From assembly GCF_039654945.1 (NCBI RefSeq), contig NW_027361896.1, positions 2,356,001-2,420,000 on the forward strand: a stretch of 64,000 nt of DNA, read 5' to 3'. Shown here one piece after another: positions 24,124 to 36,299 of the stretch (the stretch's first letter is position 1; every line of letters begins with the position of its first letter). Below the pieces are notes generated by a model. The model did not search any database, was not told the origin of the DNA, and worked only from the letters and a program-made list of their open reading frames with translations. The DNA comes from Dendrobates tinctorius (Eukaryota). A program made the translations under genes and the position numbers.

Positions 24124-25793
24124 TAGTTGAAAGAAAAAGGCTATTCCCAGGAAATTGCCGTTGTGCCAATGTACCCGACGCTCCTCTCTTTGAGCAGAAT
24201 CAGGAATTCCGTAGACACCTCGCTTCTTGCTTGGTCGCTCTTTTCTATGGGCTTACCCTGAATTAGGGAGCACCACTCCTCCCAAGACTTACCATAGACC
24301 TGCCAGGTAGCCGGTGTAACGGAGGCGCGGAATAAGGGCATCAGTGATTTGGCCACTGTGTCCCATAAGGATGGAGGACACTGAACACCCGATGGTTGTG
24401 CATTGGGGAGAAGGTCTCTGAAGGCCTGCCAATCGGAAGATAACAGTGCGTTAACAAGATTATCGTCTAAATCTGTCACTAATTTGGCTCGGCACCAGAT
24501 GTTGTTTTTTAGACATTGTAGTGTAGTGTTAGCCGGCATAGGAGAGCGAGTAAGGGCAGGGATGCAGAAAACATGGTTTAATCTTTTAGCAGTTACAGGG
24601 TTCTTAGTTTGAAATCAAATGTTATTGCGAAAATCTCTAATAGGGCTGGATCGCTCCTCCAGCTTGATGTGGTTCATGGCTTCGGACAGCTGCCTTTGCA
24701 CCATTGTTTTTTTTTTTTTTTGGATTGATGCTAAACCTTCTTTGATACGTCTGCCAACTACGAGCCCCAGGTGCTTGTCATCTCTTTTGCCGTGATGCAG
24801 GTATGGCCATTATAGAATTGTAGGACTGTTTTCCAGGCTAGTAAGTCTGCCTTCAAGGATCAAGTGAGTCTAATTCTATGGCCAGGCTGTGAAATGCCCT
24901 TTGTTTCCAGCGATAATCGGCGAGAGAATGCTCTGCCGACGGGCATTACGCGGCTGGCGACTGTCAGCAGACCCTGCAAGAACTGCATCTGTTTGAGGGC
25001 GACTTTTTTTTTTTTTTTTTTTAACCTCGCAGAAACCCTCCAACATATGGAGTGTTTTCTGTATTTTCTCTGCTCGTAAGTGAAAAACCACATTGAATTG
25101 GTGTCTATCTCGATGCCAAGGAAAGGCAAAACATTACATGGTCCGACTGTTTTTTTTTTCTTCTGGTGATAGAGGTACACCGAAATGCTGCAAAATAAAC
25201 TTCAATTTTTCGAGAAGGAATGAGCAGAGATTTGATTTTTTTGGAGCCGACGAACAAAAAATCGTCGAGGCAGTGAATTAGAAAATTGCTGCCTGCTTGA
25301 TAACGTTCTACCCAGTCCAGGAAAGTGCTGAATAGCTCGAAATAGTGACACGAAATGGTGCATCCCATCGGCAAGCACATATCGAAATAATAGTACTGGT
25401 CCACCTTGGAACCTACGAAGTGGAAGCAGTCAAGGTGCATGGGTAATAGGCGGAATGCCGTATCTGTCTGATTTAGGTAGCAGAGCGCCGGGCCCAGCTG
25501 CGCAGACTACTTCGACTGCCTTGTCAAACAACACTAAGTCACGGATGCTTTTACTTGGAGTATCACGTCATTAACTGATTCGCCTTTTGGGTGTGACAGA
25601 TGATGCATTAGCCGATATTTCCGATTCCTTTTTTGGAATAATGCCTAATGGCGAGATTCTGATATTCTGGAATGAGAATGATTGAAAGGGGTCTTTTATT
25701 CTACCCAGTGAAGCCTCCTTTTCGATTTTATGGCGCAATATTTCAGGGAGTTCGCAAGCAGATTTTAGGTTACTGGCCAAGGTTGGTGTTATA

Positions 25794-27406
25794 CAGTCAT
25801 ATGTAAAAGTTTGGGCACCCCTATTAATGTTAACCTTATTTCTTTATAACAATTTTGGTTTTTGCAACAGCTATTTCAGTTTCATATATCTAATAACTGA
25901 TGGACTCAGTTATATTTCTGGATTCAAATGAGGTTTATTGTACTAACAGAAAATGTGCAATCTGCATTTAAACAAAATTTGACCGGTGCAAAAGTATGGG
26001 CACCCTTATCATTTTCTTGATTTGAACACTCCTAACTACTTTTTACTGACTTCCTGAAGCACTAAATTGGTTTTGTATCCTCATTAAGCTTTGAACTTCA
26101 TAGCCAGGTGTATCAAATCATGAGAAAAGGTATTTAAAGTGGCCACTTGCAAGTAGTTCTCCTATTAGATTCTCATATGAAGAGTGGCATCATGGGCTCC
26201 TCAAAACAACTCTCAAATGATCTGAAAACAAAGATTATTCAACATAGCTTTTCAGGTGAAGGATACAAAAAGTTGTCTCAGAGATTTAACCTGTCAGTTT
26301 CCACTGTGAGGAACATAATAAGGAAATGGAAGAACACAGGTACAGATCTTGTTAAGCCCAGAAGTGGCAGGCCAAGAAAAATATCAGAAAGGCAGAGAAG
26401 AAGAATGGTGAGAACAGTCAAGGACAATCCACAGACCACCTCCAAAGACCTGCAGCATCATCTTGCTGCAGATGGTGTCACTGTGCATCGGTCAACAATA
26501 CAGCGCACTTTGCACAAGGAGAAGCTGTATGGGAGAGTGATGCGAAAGAAGCCGTTTCTGCAAGCACGCCACAAACAGAGTCGCCTGAGGTATGCAAAAG
26601 CACTTTTGGACAAGCCAGTTACATTTTGGAAGAAGGTCCTGTGGACTGATGAAACAAAGATTGAGTTGTTTGGTCATACAAAAAGGCGTTATGCATGCGC
26701 TGTATTGTTGACCGATGCACAGTGACACCATCTGCAGCAAGATGATGCTGCAGGTCTTTGGAGGTGGTCTGTGGATTGTCCTTGACTGTTCTCACCATTC
26801 TTCTTCTCTGCCTTTCTGATATTTTTCTTGGCCTGCCACTTCTGGGCTTAACAAGAACTGTACCTGTGTTCTTCCATTTCCTTACTATGTTCCTCACAGT
26901 GGAAACAGACAGGTTAAATCTCTGAGACAACTTTTTGTATCCTTCCCCTGAAAAGATATGTTGAATAATCTTTGTTTTCAGATCATTTGAGAGTTGTTTT
27001 GAGGAGCCCATGATGCCACTCTTCATAGGAGAATCAAATAGGAGAACTACTTGCAAGTGGCCACTTTAAATACCTTTTCTCATGATTTGATATACCTGGC
27101 TATGAAGTTCAAAGCTCAATGAGGTTACAAAACCAATTTAGTGCTTCAGGAAGTCAGTAAAAAGTAGTTAGGAGTGTTCAAATCAAGAAAATAAGGGTGC
27201 CCATACTTTTGCACCGGTCAAATTTTTTTTAAATGCAGATTGCACATTTTCTGTTAGTACAATAAACCTCATTTGAATCCAGAAATATAACTGAGTCCAT
27301 CAGTTATTAGATATATGAAACTGAAATAGCTGTTGCAAAAACCAAAATTGTTATAAAGAAAAAAGGTTAACATTAATAGGGGTGCCCAAACTTTTACATA
27401 TGACTG
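25794..27406. mobile_element. Fold-back Tc1 derivative made of two inverted 5' halves
   Basis: TA-CAGTCATATG...CATATGACTG-TA. ORFs 26147..26725 (+) and 26619..27056 (-) encode near-identical transposase N-termini. Confidence 0.95.
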
Positions 27407-27878
27407 TATTAAATTTGAAGGGGATGAAAAGACAGTTTGTAAAGCTGGGGTATAATTGCTGTGCCGCTTCTTTATTGGAATAGAGATATAGCCATGGGCC
27501 CATCGCTGTTACGCTCACTGGGGTTTTGCCGCGTAGGCGTGCTGCTTGCCTGATCAGTATACCTTGTAGCTGGGTGTCCCCCCGCAAGCTGAGCATTCGT
27601 GTGTATATCTGCAGAACGCGTGTAAATGGAAGTTTCCCACGATAAATAGCCAGCAGGCCCCAGGTTTTTGTACGACCACTGAGTGTTGACCTGCTGCTGA
27701 GGACTAGTTGGAGGTCGTAAATGAAATAGGGGGCTGCTTCTGTGTCAGCATTAGTCGTAACGACAAATCTGTCGCTTTAACTCCCCAGCCTAGATTAGGC
27801 TCTAGGGCCAACTGCCTGTGGAACTCCTCTTCATACCGCCGTGTGATTTATATGAATTATATATCAGATCTTTATATA

Positions 27879-28255
27879 CGCTGCTCAAAAAATAAAGGGA
27901 ACACTTAAACAACAGAATATAGCTCCAAGTAAATCAAACTGTCCACTTAGGAAGCAACACTGATTGACAATCAATTTCACATGCTGTTGTGCAAATGGAA
28001 TAGACAACAGATGGAAATTATTGTCAATTATCAAAACCCACTCAATAAAGGAGTGGTTCTGCAGGTGGGGACTACAGACCACATCTCAGTACCAATGTTT
28101 TCTGGCTGATGTTTTGGTTACTTTGTTGGTTGTGCTTTCGCGCTCGTGGTAGCATGAGACGGGCTTTACAACCTACACAAGTAGCTCAGGTAGTGCAGCT
28201 CATCCAGGATGGCACGTCAATGCGATCTGTGGCAAGAAGGTTTGCTGTGTCTGTC
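27879..28255 (+). mobile_element. Tc1 5' fragment (family A)
   Basis: TA-C(G)CTGCTCAAAAAATAAAGGGAACAC terminus; ATG at 28154 reads [20 protein letters not shown]. Confidence 0.8.
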
Positions 28256-29127
28256 CGTACACTCGGCCGGAGGTCGGAAATAGGTTAAACGATGATTCCT
28301 CTGAGAATATCACGTTTCCACTGCTCGAGGGACCAATTGTGGAGGTTTCTACACCACTCTAATCGCTTGGAAACATTTGTCATTGAGAGCATCGGTTTTT
28401 GAATTTCAGCTCTTCCGTGGAATCCAGATTTGTGCAGCTCCCGACGAACATTTTTCGTGGAATCTGGGTTCTGTAGGTGTTCATTGAGCTCAGCAGTGAT
28501 TTTTGGAGCCGTGGTCTTGCGATCCTCTCACAATTTGCTTTAGAGTCCAACGGTCTCTCTGTCAACTTCGACTTTCGGCCGGACCTGTTCTTTGCTGCTG
28601 ACGTTTTTCCTTCTCTTTAAAACAGTCATTACTTTGGAGACAGTAGCTCTTGACACGCCAAGCATTCAGGCACTTTGTTACACTAGCGCCTGCCATACGA
28701 GCACCAACAATTTGGCCTCTTTGAAAATCCGAGAGGTCTGCCATTGGTATCAGGTTTTCATCAATGTTCTTACAATTCTGCAAAACAAACAGTTAATTTA
28801 CATACACATCACATAACACAAATAATCAACTACAAAACATTACCATATGTCATGGTTTGCATGTTTATAACGTGTTCGAAGATTATGATGCCAAAACGTT
28901 AGGTAACATAGTAACATAGTAACATAGTTATTAAGGTTGAAGGGAGACTTTAAGTCCATCTAGTTCAACCCATATCCTATCCTAACTTGCCCTAACATGT
29001 TGATCCAGAGGAAGGCAAAAAAAACCCATGTGGCAACAGTAAGCTTCACATTGGGGGAAAAAATTCCTTCCCGACTCCACATACGGCAATCAGACTAGCT
29101 CCCTGGATCAACGCAATATTAAGGAGA

Positions 29128-32076
29128 CTAATGTATATACCCTGTAATATTATACTTTTCAAGAAAGGCATCCAGTCCCTTCTTAAATTTTAGTAGTGAA
29201 TCACTCATTACAACATCATATGGCAGAGAGTTCCATAGTCTCACTGCTCTTACAGTAAAGAATCCGCGTCTGTGAGTATGCTTAAACCTTCTTTCCTCCA
29301 GACGTAGAGGATGCCCCCTTGTCCCCGTCACAGGTCTAAGAGTAAAAAGATCATTAAAAAGGTCTTTGTATTGTCCCCACATATATTTATACATTGTAAT
29401 AAGATCACCCCTAAGCCTTCGATTCTCCAAACTAAATAACCCCAAGTGTAATAACCTGTCTTGGTATTGCAGACCCCCTAGTTCCCTAATAACCTTGGTC
29501 GCTCTTCTCTGCACCCGCTCCAGTTCAGCTATGTCTTTCTTATACACCGGAGACCAGAACTGTACACAGTATTCTAAGTGTGGTCGCACTAGTGACTTAT
29601 ATAGAGGTAAAATTATGTTCTCATGAGCATCTATGCCTCTTTTAATGCATCCCATTATTTTATTTGCCTTTGCAGCAGCTGCTTGACTCTGGCCACTAAA
29701 TGTGAGTTTGTCGTCCACCCATACACCCAGGTCTTTTTCAGTGACTGTTTTGCCCAGTGTTTTACAATTAAGCACATAATTATACAACTTGTTCGTTCTA
29801 CCCAAGTGCATGACCTTACATTTTTCCCAATTAAAGCTCATTTGCCATTTATCAGCCCAAGCTTCTAGTTTACATAAATCCTCCTGTAATATAAAATTGT
29901 CCTCCTCTGTATTAATTACCCTGCAGAGTTTAGTGTCATCTGCAAATATTGAAATTCTACTCTCTATGCCTCCTACAAGGTCATTAATAAATATGTTAAA
30001 AAGAAGCGGGCCCAAAACTGACCCCTGTGGTACCCCACTGCTAACCGTGACCCAGTCCGAGTGTGCTCCATTAATAACCACCCTTTGTTTCCTATCCCTG
30101 AGACAGCTCTTAACCCACCTACACATATTTTCCCCTATCCCCATTGTTCTCATTTTATGTATCAACCTTTTGTGTGGCACCGTATCAAAAGCTTTTGAAA
30201 AGTCCATGTACACCACGTCCACTGCATTCCCTTGGTCCAGTCCGGAACTTACCTCTTCATAAAAGCTTATCAGATTAGTCTGACATGAACGGTCTCTTGT
30301 AAACCCATGTTGATATTGGGTCATAAGGTTATTCTTCTCCAGATACTCCAGTATAGTATCTCTTAGAAAACCCTCCAGGATTTTACCCACAGTTGAGGTT
30401 AAACTTACTGGCCTATAATTTCCAAGTTCAGTTTTTGTCCCCTTTTTGAATATTGGCACCACATTTGCTATACGCCAGTCCTGTGGTACAGACCCTGTTA
30501 TTATGGAATCTTTAAAGATTAAAAATAGTGGTCTATCTATGACTGTGCTTAATTCCTGCAGTACTCGGGGGTGTATCCCATCCGGGCCCGGGGATTTGTC
30601 AATTTTAGTGATTTGTAGACGCCGCCGTACTTCCTGCTGGGTTAAGCAGGTGACATTTAATGGAGAATTTTTATCCCTGATCATGTTATCCGTCATGGGA
30701 TTTTCTTGTGTAAATACTGTTGAAAAAAAGTCATTTAGCATATTGGCTTTTTCCTCATCCTCATCCACCATTTCACCCAGACTATTTTTAAGGGGACCAA
30801 CACTATCATTTTTTAGCTTCTTACTATTTATGTAGTTAAAGAATATTTTGGGATTATTTTTACTTTCTCTGGCAATGAGTCTCTCTGTCTCAATCTTTGC
30901 TGTCTTGATTTGCTTTTTACAGAATTTATTTAATCTTCTGTATTTATTTAATGCCTCATCACTACCTACTTGCTTTAATTCTCTAAATGCTTTATTTTTA
31001 TCTCTTATTGCGCCCCTTACAGCTCTATTTAGCCATAGTGGTTTCCTCCTATTTCTCGCATGTTTATTCCCATACGGTATATATTGTGCACAGGTCCTAT
31101 TCAGGATGCTAATAAATGTCTCCCATTTTCTTTGTGTATTTTTATGTCTCAGGATATCGTCCCAGTTAATTGCACCAAGATCATCTCTCATCCGTTGGAA
31201 ATTTGCCTTCCTTAAGTTTAGTGTCCTTGTAACCCCTCTACTACACATTTTATTAAAGGATACATGAAAACTTATTAATTTGTGATCACTATTACCCAAG
31301 TGACCCTCAACCCTTACATTTGATATGCTGTCTGGCGTGTTGGTTAATATTAGGTCTAGCAGTGCCCCCCCTCTTGTTGGGTCCTGAACCAGTTGTGAAA
31401 GGTAATTGTCTCTCATCGTTGTCAGAAACCTATTACCTTTGCTGGAACTGCAGGTTTCGGTTCCCCAATGTATTTCAGGGTAGTTGAAGTCCCCCATAAT
31501 AATGACTTCTCCTTGAGTCGCTGCTTCATCTATTTGCTTTATGAGGATATTCTCTGTAGCTTCCATTATTTTTGGAGATTTATAACAAACCCCTATCAGT
31601 AATTTATTATTTTTCCCCCCTCCCCTTATCTCTACCCACAGGGACTCTACATTTTCATTAGATTCATATATATTATCACGAAGGATGGGTTTTAAGGATG
31701 ATTTTACATATAAACACACGACTCCCCCTTTCTTATTTGTACGGTCATTTCTGAACAGACTATAGCCCTGTAAATTAACAGCCCAGTCATGGCTCTCATC
31801 CAGCCATGTCTCAGATATCCCCACCATGTCATAATTATGTTCCAACAACATTAACTCCAATTCCTCCATTTTGTTGGCGAGACTTCTGGCATTAGTATAC
31901 ATGCACTTTATGTATCTCTCTGTACCTCTATTCTTTCTTAAATTATTAACTGTTCTAACCCCACCCCCCATGCCACCTCCACCCCCAATGTCATTATTTG
32001 TGCCCAGGTCTCTATCTGCACTGTCTTCCCCTCCTATAAAAGGAATACCCTCCCCCCCCGTCCCTAGTTTAAACAC
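29128..32076 (-). CDS. CR1 ORF2: AP endonuclease plus reverse transcriptase (982 codons, open)
   Basis: YTNARSL, ISETW, MGDFN, SDH; [34 protein letters not shown]. Confidence 0.97.
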   Translation of the reverse strand: MFKLGTGGEGIPFIGGEDSADRDLGTNNDIGGGGGMGGGVRTVNNLRKNRGTERYIKCMYTNARSLANKMEELELMLLEHNYDMVGISETWLDESHDWAVNLQGYSLFRNDRTNKKGGVVCLYVKSSLKPILRDNIYESNENVESLWVEIRGGGKNNKLLIGVCYKSPKIMEATENILIKQIDEAATQGEVIIMGDFNYPEIHWGTETCSSSKGNRFLTTMRDNYLSQLVQDPTRGGALLDLILTNTPDSISNVRVEGHLGNSDHKLISFHVSFNKMCSRGVTRTLNLRKANFQRMRDDLGAINWDDILRHKNTQRKWETFISILNRTCAQYIPYGNKHARNRRKPLWLNRAVRGAIRDKNKAFRELKQVGSDEALNKYRRLNKFCKKQIKTAKIETERLIARESKNNPKIFFNYINSKKLKNDSVGPLKNSLGEMVDEDEEKANMLNDFFSTVFTQENPMTDNMIRDKNSPLNVTCLTQQEVRRRLQITKIDKSPGPDGIHPRVLQELSTVIDRPLFLIFKDSIITGSVPQDWRIANVVPIFKKGTKTELGNYRPVSLTSTVGKILEGFLRDTILEYLEKNNLMTQYQHGFTRDRSCQTNLISFYEEVSSGLDQGNAVDVVYMDFSKAFDTVPHKRLIHKMRTMGIGENMCRWVKSCLRDRKQRVVINGAHSDWVTVSSGVPQGSVLGPLLFNIFINDLVGGIESRISIFADDTKLCRVINTEEDNFILQEDLCKLEAWADKWQMSFNWEKCKVMHLGRTNKLYNYVLNCKTLGKTVTEKDLGVWVDDKLTFSGQSQAAAAKANKIMGCIKRGIDAHENIILPLYKSLVRPHLEYCVQFWSPVYKKDIAELERVQRRATKVIRELGGLQYQDRLLHLGLFSLENRRLRGDLITMYKYMWGQYKDLFNDLFTLRPVTGTRGHPLRLEERRFKHTHRRGFFTVRAVRLWNSLPYDVVMSDSLLKFKKGLDAFLEKYNITGYIH

Positions 32077-33045
32077 TCCTCCAACCTTCTAGCCATTTTC
32101 TCACCCAGCACAGCTGCACCCTCCCCATTGAGGTGCAGCCCGTCCCTAGCGTAGAACCTGTAGCCAACTGAGAAGTCGGCCCAGTTCTGCAGGAACCCAA
32201 ACCCCTCCTTCCTACACCAATTCCTGAGCCACTTATTAACCTCCCTAATCTCCCGTTGCCTCTCTGGCGTGGCACGTGGTACAGGAAGTATTTCCGAAAA
32301 TACCACCTTGGAGGTCCTTGCTTTAAGCTTACAGCCTAATTCCCTGAAATCATCTTTAAGGACCTTCCACCTACCTCTAACTTTGTCATTTGTGCCAATG
32401 TGCACCATGACAGCTGGATCCTCTCCAGCCCCTCCCAGTAATCTGTCAACCCGATCAGCGATGTGTCGGACTCGAGCGCCAGGTAGGCAGCACACCGTTC
32501 GACGATCCCTGTCTTTGTGACAGATTGCCCTATCTGTTCCCCTAATAATTGAGTCTCCCACTACCAGAACCTGTCTGGCCTGCCCTGCTCTCCTATTTCC
32601 CCCCTTACTGGAGCAGACACTCCTCCGGCTTTCAGAGGATATGCCTTGCTGCAGCAGTGCTACTCCTGCACTAACACTCCCCTCATCTGCCAACTTAGCA
32701 AACTTATTGGGGTGTGCCAGATCAGGACTAGCCTCCCTGGTGCTCTTCCCTCTACCCCGCCTTCTAACTGTCACCCAGCTAGCTGCTTCATTGTCCTGCA
32801 GCTCCAACCTAGCATCCCCCCCTCATCTATCCCATTGAGCGTCTGCTCAGTGAGCAGAAGACTCCTTTCCATATTGTCTATGGATCTCAGTGTTGCCAGC
32901 TGCACATTTAGATCCAGTATCTGGGCTTCCAAATGCACAACGTGCTCACATCTTGCACAGCAGTATGCACCCTCGACCGGCTGTTCAAGGATTTCATACA
33001 TGCGGCAAGACGTGCACTGGATGGCATTGGCAATAGTGGAGCACA
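32064..33045 (-). pseudogene. CR1 ORF1 (zinc finger, coiled coil, SGNH esterase) with one frameshift near 32810
   Basis: CTSC..CARC; VVGDS, HIGTND, SEILP, DGLHL. Encoded in two overlapping ORFs, 32771..33190 and 32064..32807. Confidence 0.88.
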
Positions 33046-33356
33046 TCCTAATGGGGATTGCACCAGACAATAAGATAAGCAAAAATAAATTAATTAAAAA
33101 AAAAAAAAAAGTATTAATATAACAGCAATTCAGTAAGACCTCCCTTGGAATCTCCCTGAATCTAAAGTCACTGAATCTCAAGTCACACACTTACCACAGT
33201 TCGCACTTACACTCAGGTCACACTCAGCTCGTTCACACTCGCTCAGGAAGAAGATTTAAAAGAGTTTTTTTTTTTTTTTTCCCCTTTTACCAGCACACCA
33301 CCTTGCTGCTCAATGCACTTCCAAAAAAGTGTTTCCATTATTTTGTCCAACCCCTG

Positions 33357-33409
33357 TATATGTGTGTGTATATGTATGTGTGTGTGTATGTATATACATA
33401 CATACATAC
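33357..33409. repeat. TG/TA/CATA microsatellite
   Basis: Read directly. Confidence 0.9.
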
Positions 33410-34163
33410 TGTGGTGTAGTGACCACTGTGTCCGCTAGAGGGCGCTGTATGAATGTCCCTGGAGAGTGGATGAATTGCGAAATACGGAATGACCGTTATG
33501 TATCTCAAGGTGGGTGGCCTTGAGATGGAGATTTGTGTGTGTGTTAATCAGAAGTGATACTGCTGAGGTGCTGGTTCAATGTGTCAGGAACTAGTTACCT
33601 CCAAACCCACCCAGGGGGTGTGTTTATTAACGCTATTGTAAAGTGTATATGTGAGTGGTTGAAGGACCTGTGATGAGGTCATAGTCATGTGACCCGGTGG
33701 GCGTGGCTGTGAACCATATAATGTGGCCAGGGTGAGTCACATGGAGTGAATGCTAGGACCTGGTTGGTCCAGTGTGGAAGGTCCCGCTATGAGAAGCATC
33801 TCCTGGCTAACACCCTGTGGAGTGGCTGTGTGTAATGGCTGCCAGCGTCTGAGAGTCCCAGAGGAGTGAGTGGATGTCTGCAGCGTGAAGCAACAGCCAT
33901 GAGGAAACCCTGACGTGGGTGAGATAATGATGAGGCTGAAGAGCCTGAGTATGGACATTGAGTAACCTGTGTGTGACCACAGGCTTAACCAGAGTGAAGC
34001 TATAATGGACGCTATGCTGTAATGCTGTTTATGTTGCTTCTATGGGTTTATGAAGGAGGAATAAACCACATGGACTGTTATGTTTTATAGAAAACCTGTG
34101 CCGGATCTGATTTTGTGGCTGCTGAGCGAGTATTCCCTAATTGAATGACAGCGCTACCTCACA
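33410..34163 (+). mobile_element. Solo LTR
   Basis: TGTGGTGTAG...CTACCTCACA with the 4-bp TSD ATAC; AATAAA near 34060. Confidence 0.8.
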
Positions 34164-36299
34164 ATACATGCATGCATACATACATACAGTTCGGAGCAGC
34201 CTTCCAGATTCTTCTGGCCCATAATACAGCCTAACATTGCAAACGCCTGTGGCCAGATATTCCTTGTTTGCGCTATTTTTGGTCTATTTCTATTGTATAA
34301 CCATTCGCTTGTCCTCCTTTCTTTATCTACCGTTTGTTGATCAGCTGATAATAATGACCATATGTCGGCGTAATCATTATTCCATATTTTCTGTCTCGTC
34401 TCTTGATCTGTGTGTGCACCTAGTGGACTGATTCCACAGAAGAACACATTTGTGTAAGCTTGCTGACTGTGATTTCGCCTCATTGGTGGAACCGCCTGAG
34501 CGGGTCAACTGTTTTACTAGCGCCTTAATAGCAGAGGCTAGTAAGTTTTCCCCCATATTATGTACTGTGTGGTTTTCGTTGGTTTCGCAACACTCACTGT
34601 CTGACACAGGACTGGTGACTCCCGTTGTTGGAGGAACACGGTCTCCTACTTTTGCAATGGTTTGTTGCTTGAATTGGCTGGAGGCTCTGGGCGACGGGGA
34701 TAGGTCTCCCTGGTTGGCAGCCAATGATGGAGCACGTGACCGCTCGCCTACACTGTGTGCCCGAGCCTGAGTGACTCCAGGTTATGAAGGAACTCCTGTG
34801 TCCTTTTGTGGGATGGTCTGGTGTATGAATTGGCCGGAGGCCCTGTGAGATGGAGATGGGTCTCCCCGGCTGGCAGCCAGTGATTGACGCACGTGACCGC
34901 TGGCGTCTGTCGTGTGCCCGAGCCCTCCTGACGGGACTCTGCGATGTGTCGGACCACTCGGATGTGGATTGGGAACGCCATCCAGAGGACCGAGATCTGT
35001 GGCTGCTCCTATTTGAGCTGTTTGCTGCTGTAATGAGAGGAATGTCTATAGGGGGATCGCAGGAATCTTCTGAGGTGGATGTGGAGGACTAGCGGCGTCT
35101 ATGCCTGCGTCCTCTGCGTCTATGGTGTGTGATGGGGGCGTTTTTATTTGTGGCAAGGCGCTCATTTAAAGAGTTATGGGCCATAGTTATACTACAATGT
35201 GGTGCCATATTCTGGGTCATGTTTTGTTTTGTATGGGGGATGGTATTGGGATTACAATGGGTGCATTAGTGGTGCTTGGTGTAGTCACAGTGTAACATGT
35301 TGTTTGAAGCTGCAGAGCGCACTCATCGGTTAGATTGGACTGATCAGCGCGCTCTGCAGCTGTACACAGAGTCCTCTGCTCTGTCCTCCTGTCTCTCTGT
35401 GCAGGCAGTGCGGCTATACCTGCAGGAGAAATGGTGCTGGACAGGCACAGAAAGTGATGTGGGGATGTGGGTGGAGCCTCGCGGTGACGTGCCAGAAGTG
35501 GGGCAGGGTCCGCAGTGACCTGGGCCCTGCGCGTCCCGGCCTGCACCCTGGAAGCTCGCGGACGTGAGGATGAAGATGCGGCCGGCGCGGCGTCCTGCGA
35601 TGGGTGCCCAGTTGCTGAGACAGAGCCGCTCTGGAGGGTGGGGGCATCTTGCTGAACGTCTGCCTCTTTGCACTGGAGGACCGGCAGCTGGAGCACCGGG
35701 CAAAGAGAGGTTGTCGGCCGGCGGCGTGGAGGTGGACCACGGCCCCCCAGTGCCGTTAACAGACCGAGGAGGACCAGCGCACGAGGACAAGATAGGTGAG
35801 GAAGTGCTGGGTCCCTGGGACAGGAAGTCGTTGCTCAGCAGGGAGGTCATCCTGGGTGAAGCAAGGCAGAGGGAGAGGTCTGGAGGGGCAGGGGAGAACC
35901 GTGGCCCAAGGGAGGAAGGCGACACTGGAGGCATGGCAGCATGCATGGATAGGGGGCCAGACGAGGGCACAGGGAGGTGAGCGCCGAGGCTAGAAATAAG
36001 TGCTTGAAGCCAGTGCTCACCATCCTGTGCTGCTCTCTGTGGCAGGGCCTCCACCAGGGAATCAGACATGGCCATTGGGGGTACCGGCGTCCTCAAGGGA
36101 CAAAAGCATCAAGGGGTCAGCCGGGGGAGAAAGAGGAAGTCACTGACCCTAGCACCTGAATTTAACCCGTGTAGGTGTGCCCGGCTGCCCTTTCCCTTTT
36201 AATCCCATTGGTCAGCAGGCGTCAAAATTTTTTTGTGCATCACCTGGGGAGTGAACAATATTCCTCTAGCTTTATCCATATGGGCTCCGCAGTCAGTCA

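Larger units (their letters stand above)
28903..33328 (-). mobile_element. Full-length CR1 LINE
   Basis: (GTAACATA)n 3' tail at 28903, ORF2, ORF1 and a 5' UTR. The flanks rejoin into the Tc1 terminus. Confidence 0.95.
28256..33356 (-). mobile_element. Tc1 5' fragment (family B; 28256-28902 plus 33329-33356), split by the CR1
   Basis: MADLSDFQRGQIVGARMAGASV. The terminus GTGTTTCCATTATTTTGTCCAACCCCTG-TA resumes after the CR1. Confidence 0.8.
22790..36230 (-). mobile_element. Degenerate Ngaro-type tyrosine-recombinase retrotransposon (gag, RT/RNase H, YR, SGNH hydrolase), broken by nested insertions
   Basis: gag pieces at 34168-36096 (PLGAH..QKIWNNDY) and 27560-27876 (Cys/His finger); RT at 25105-25780 (CLPMGC, CLDDFLF); YR at 23458-24123 (HSFRIGAAT, GCWKS, RY); hydrolase at 22805-23436. 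Boundaries are approximate. Confidence 0.8.
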
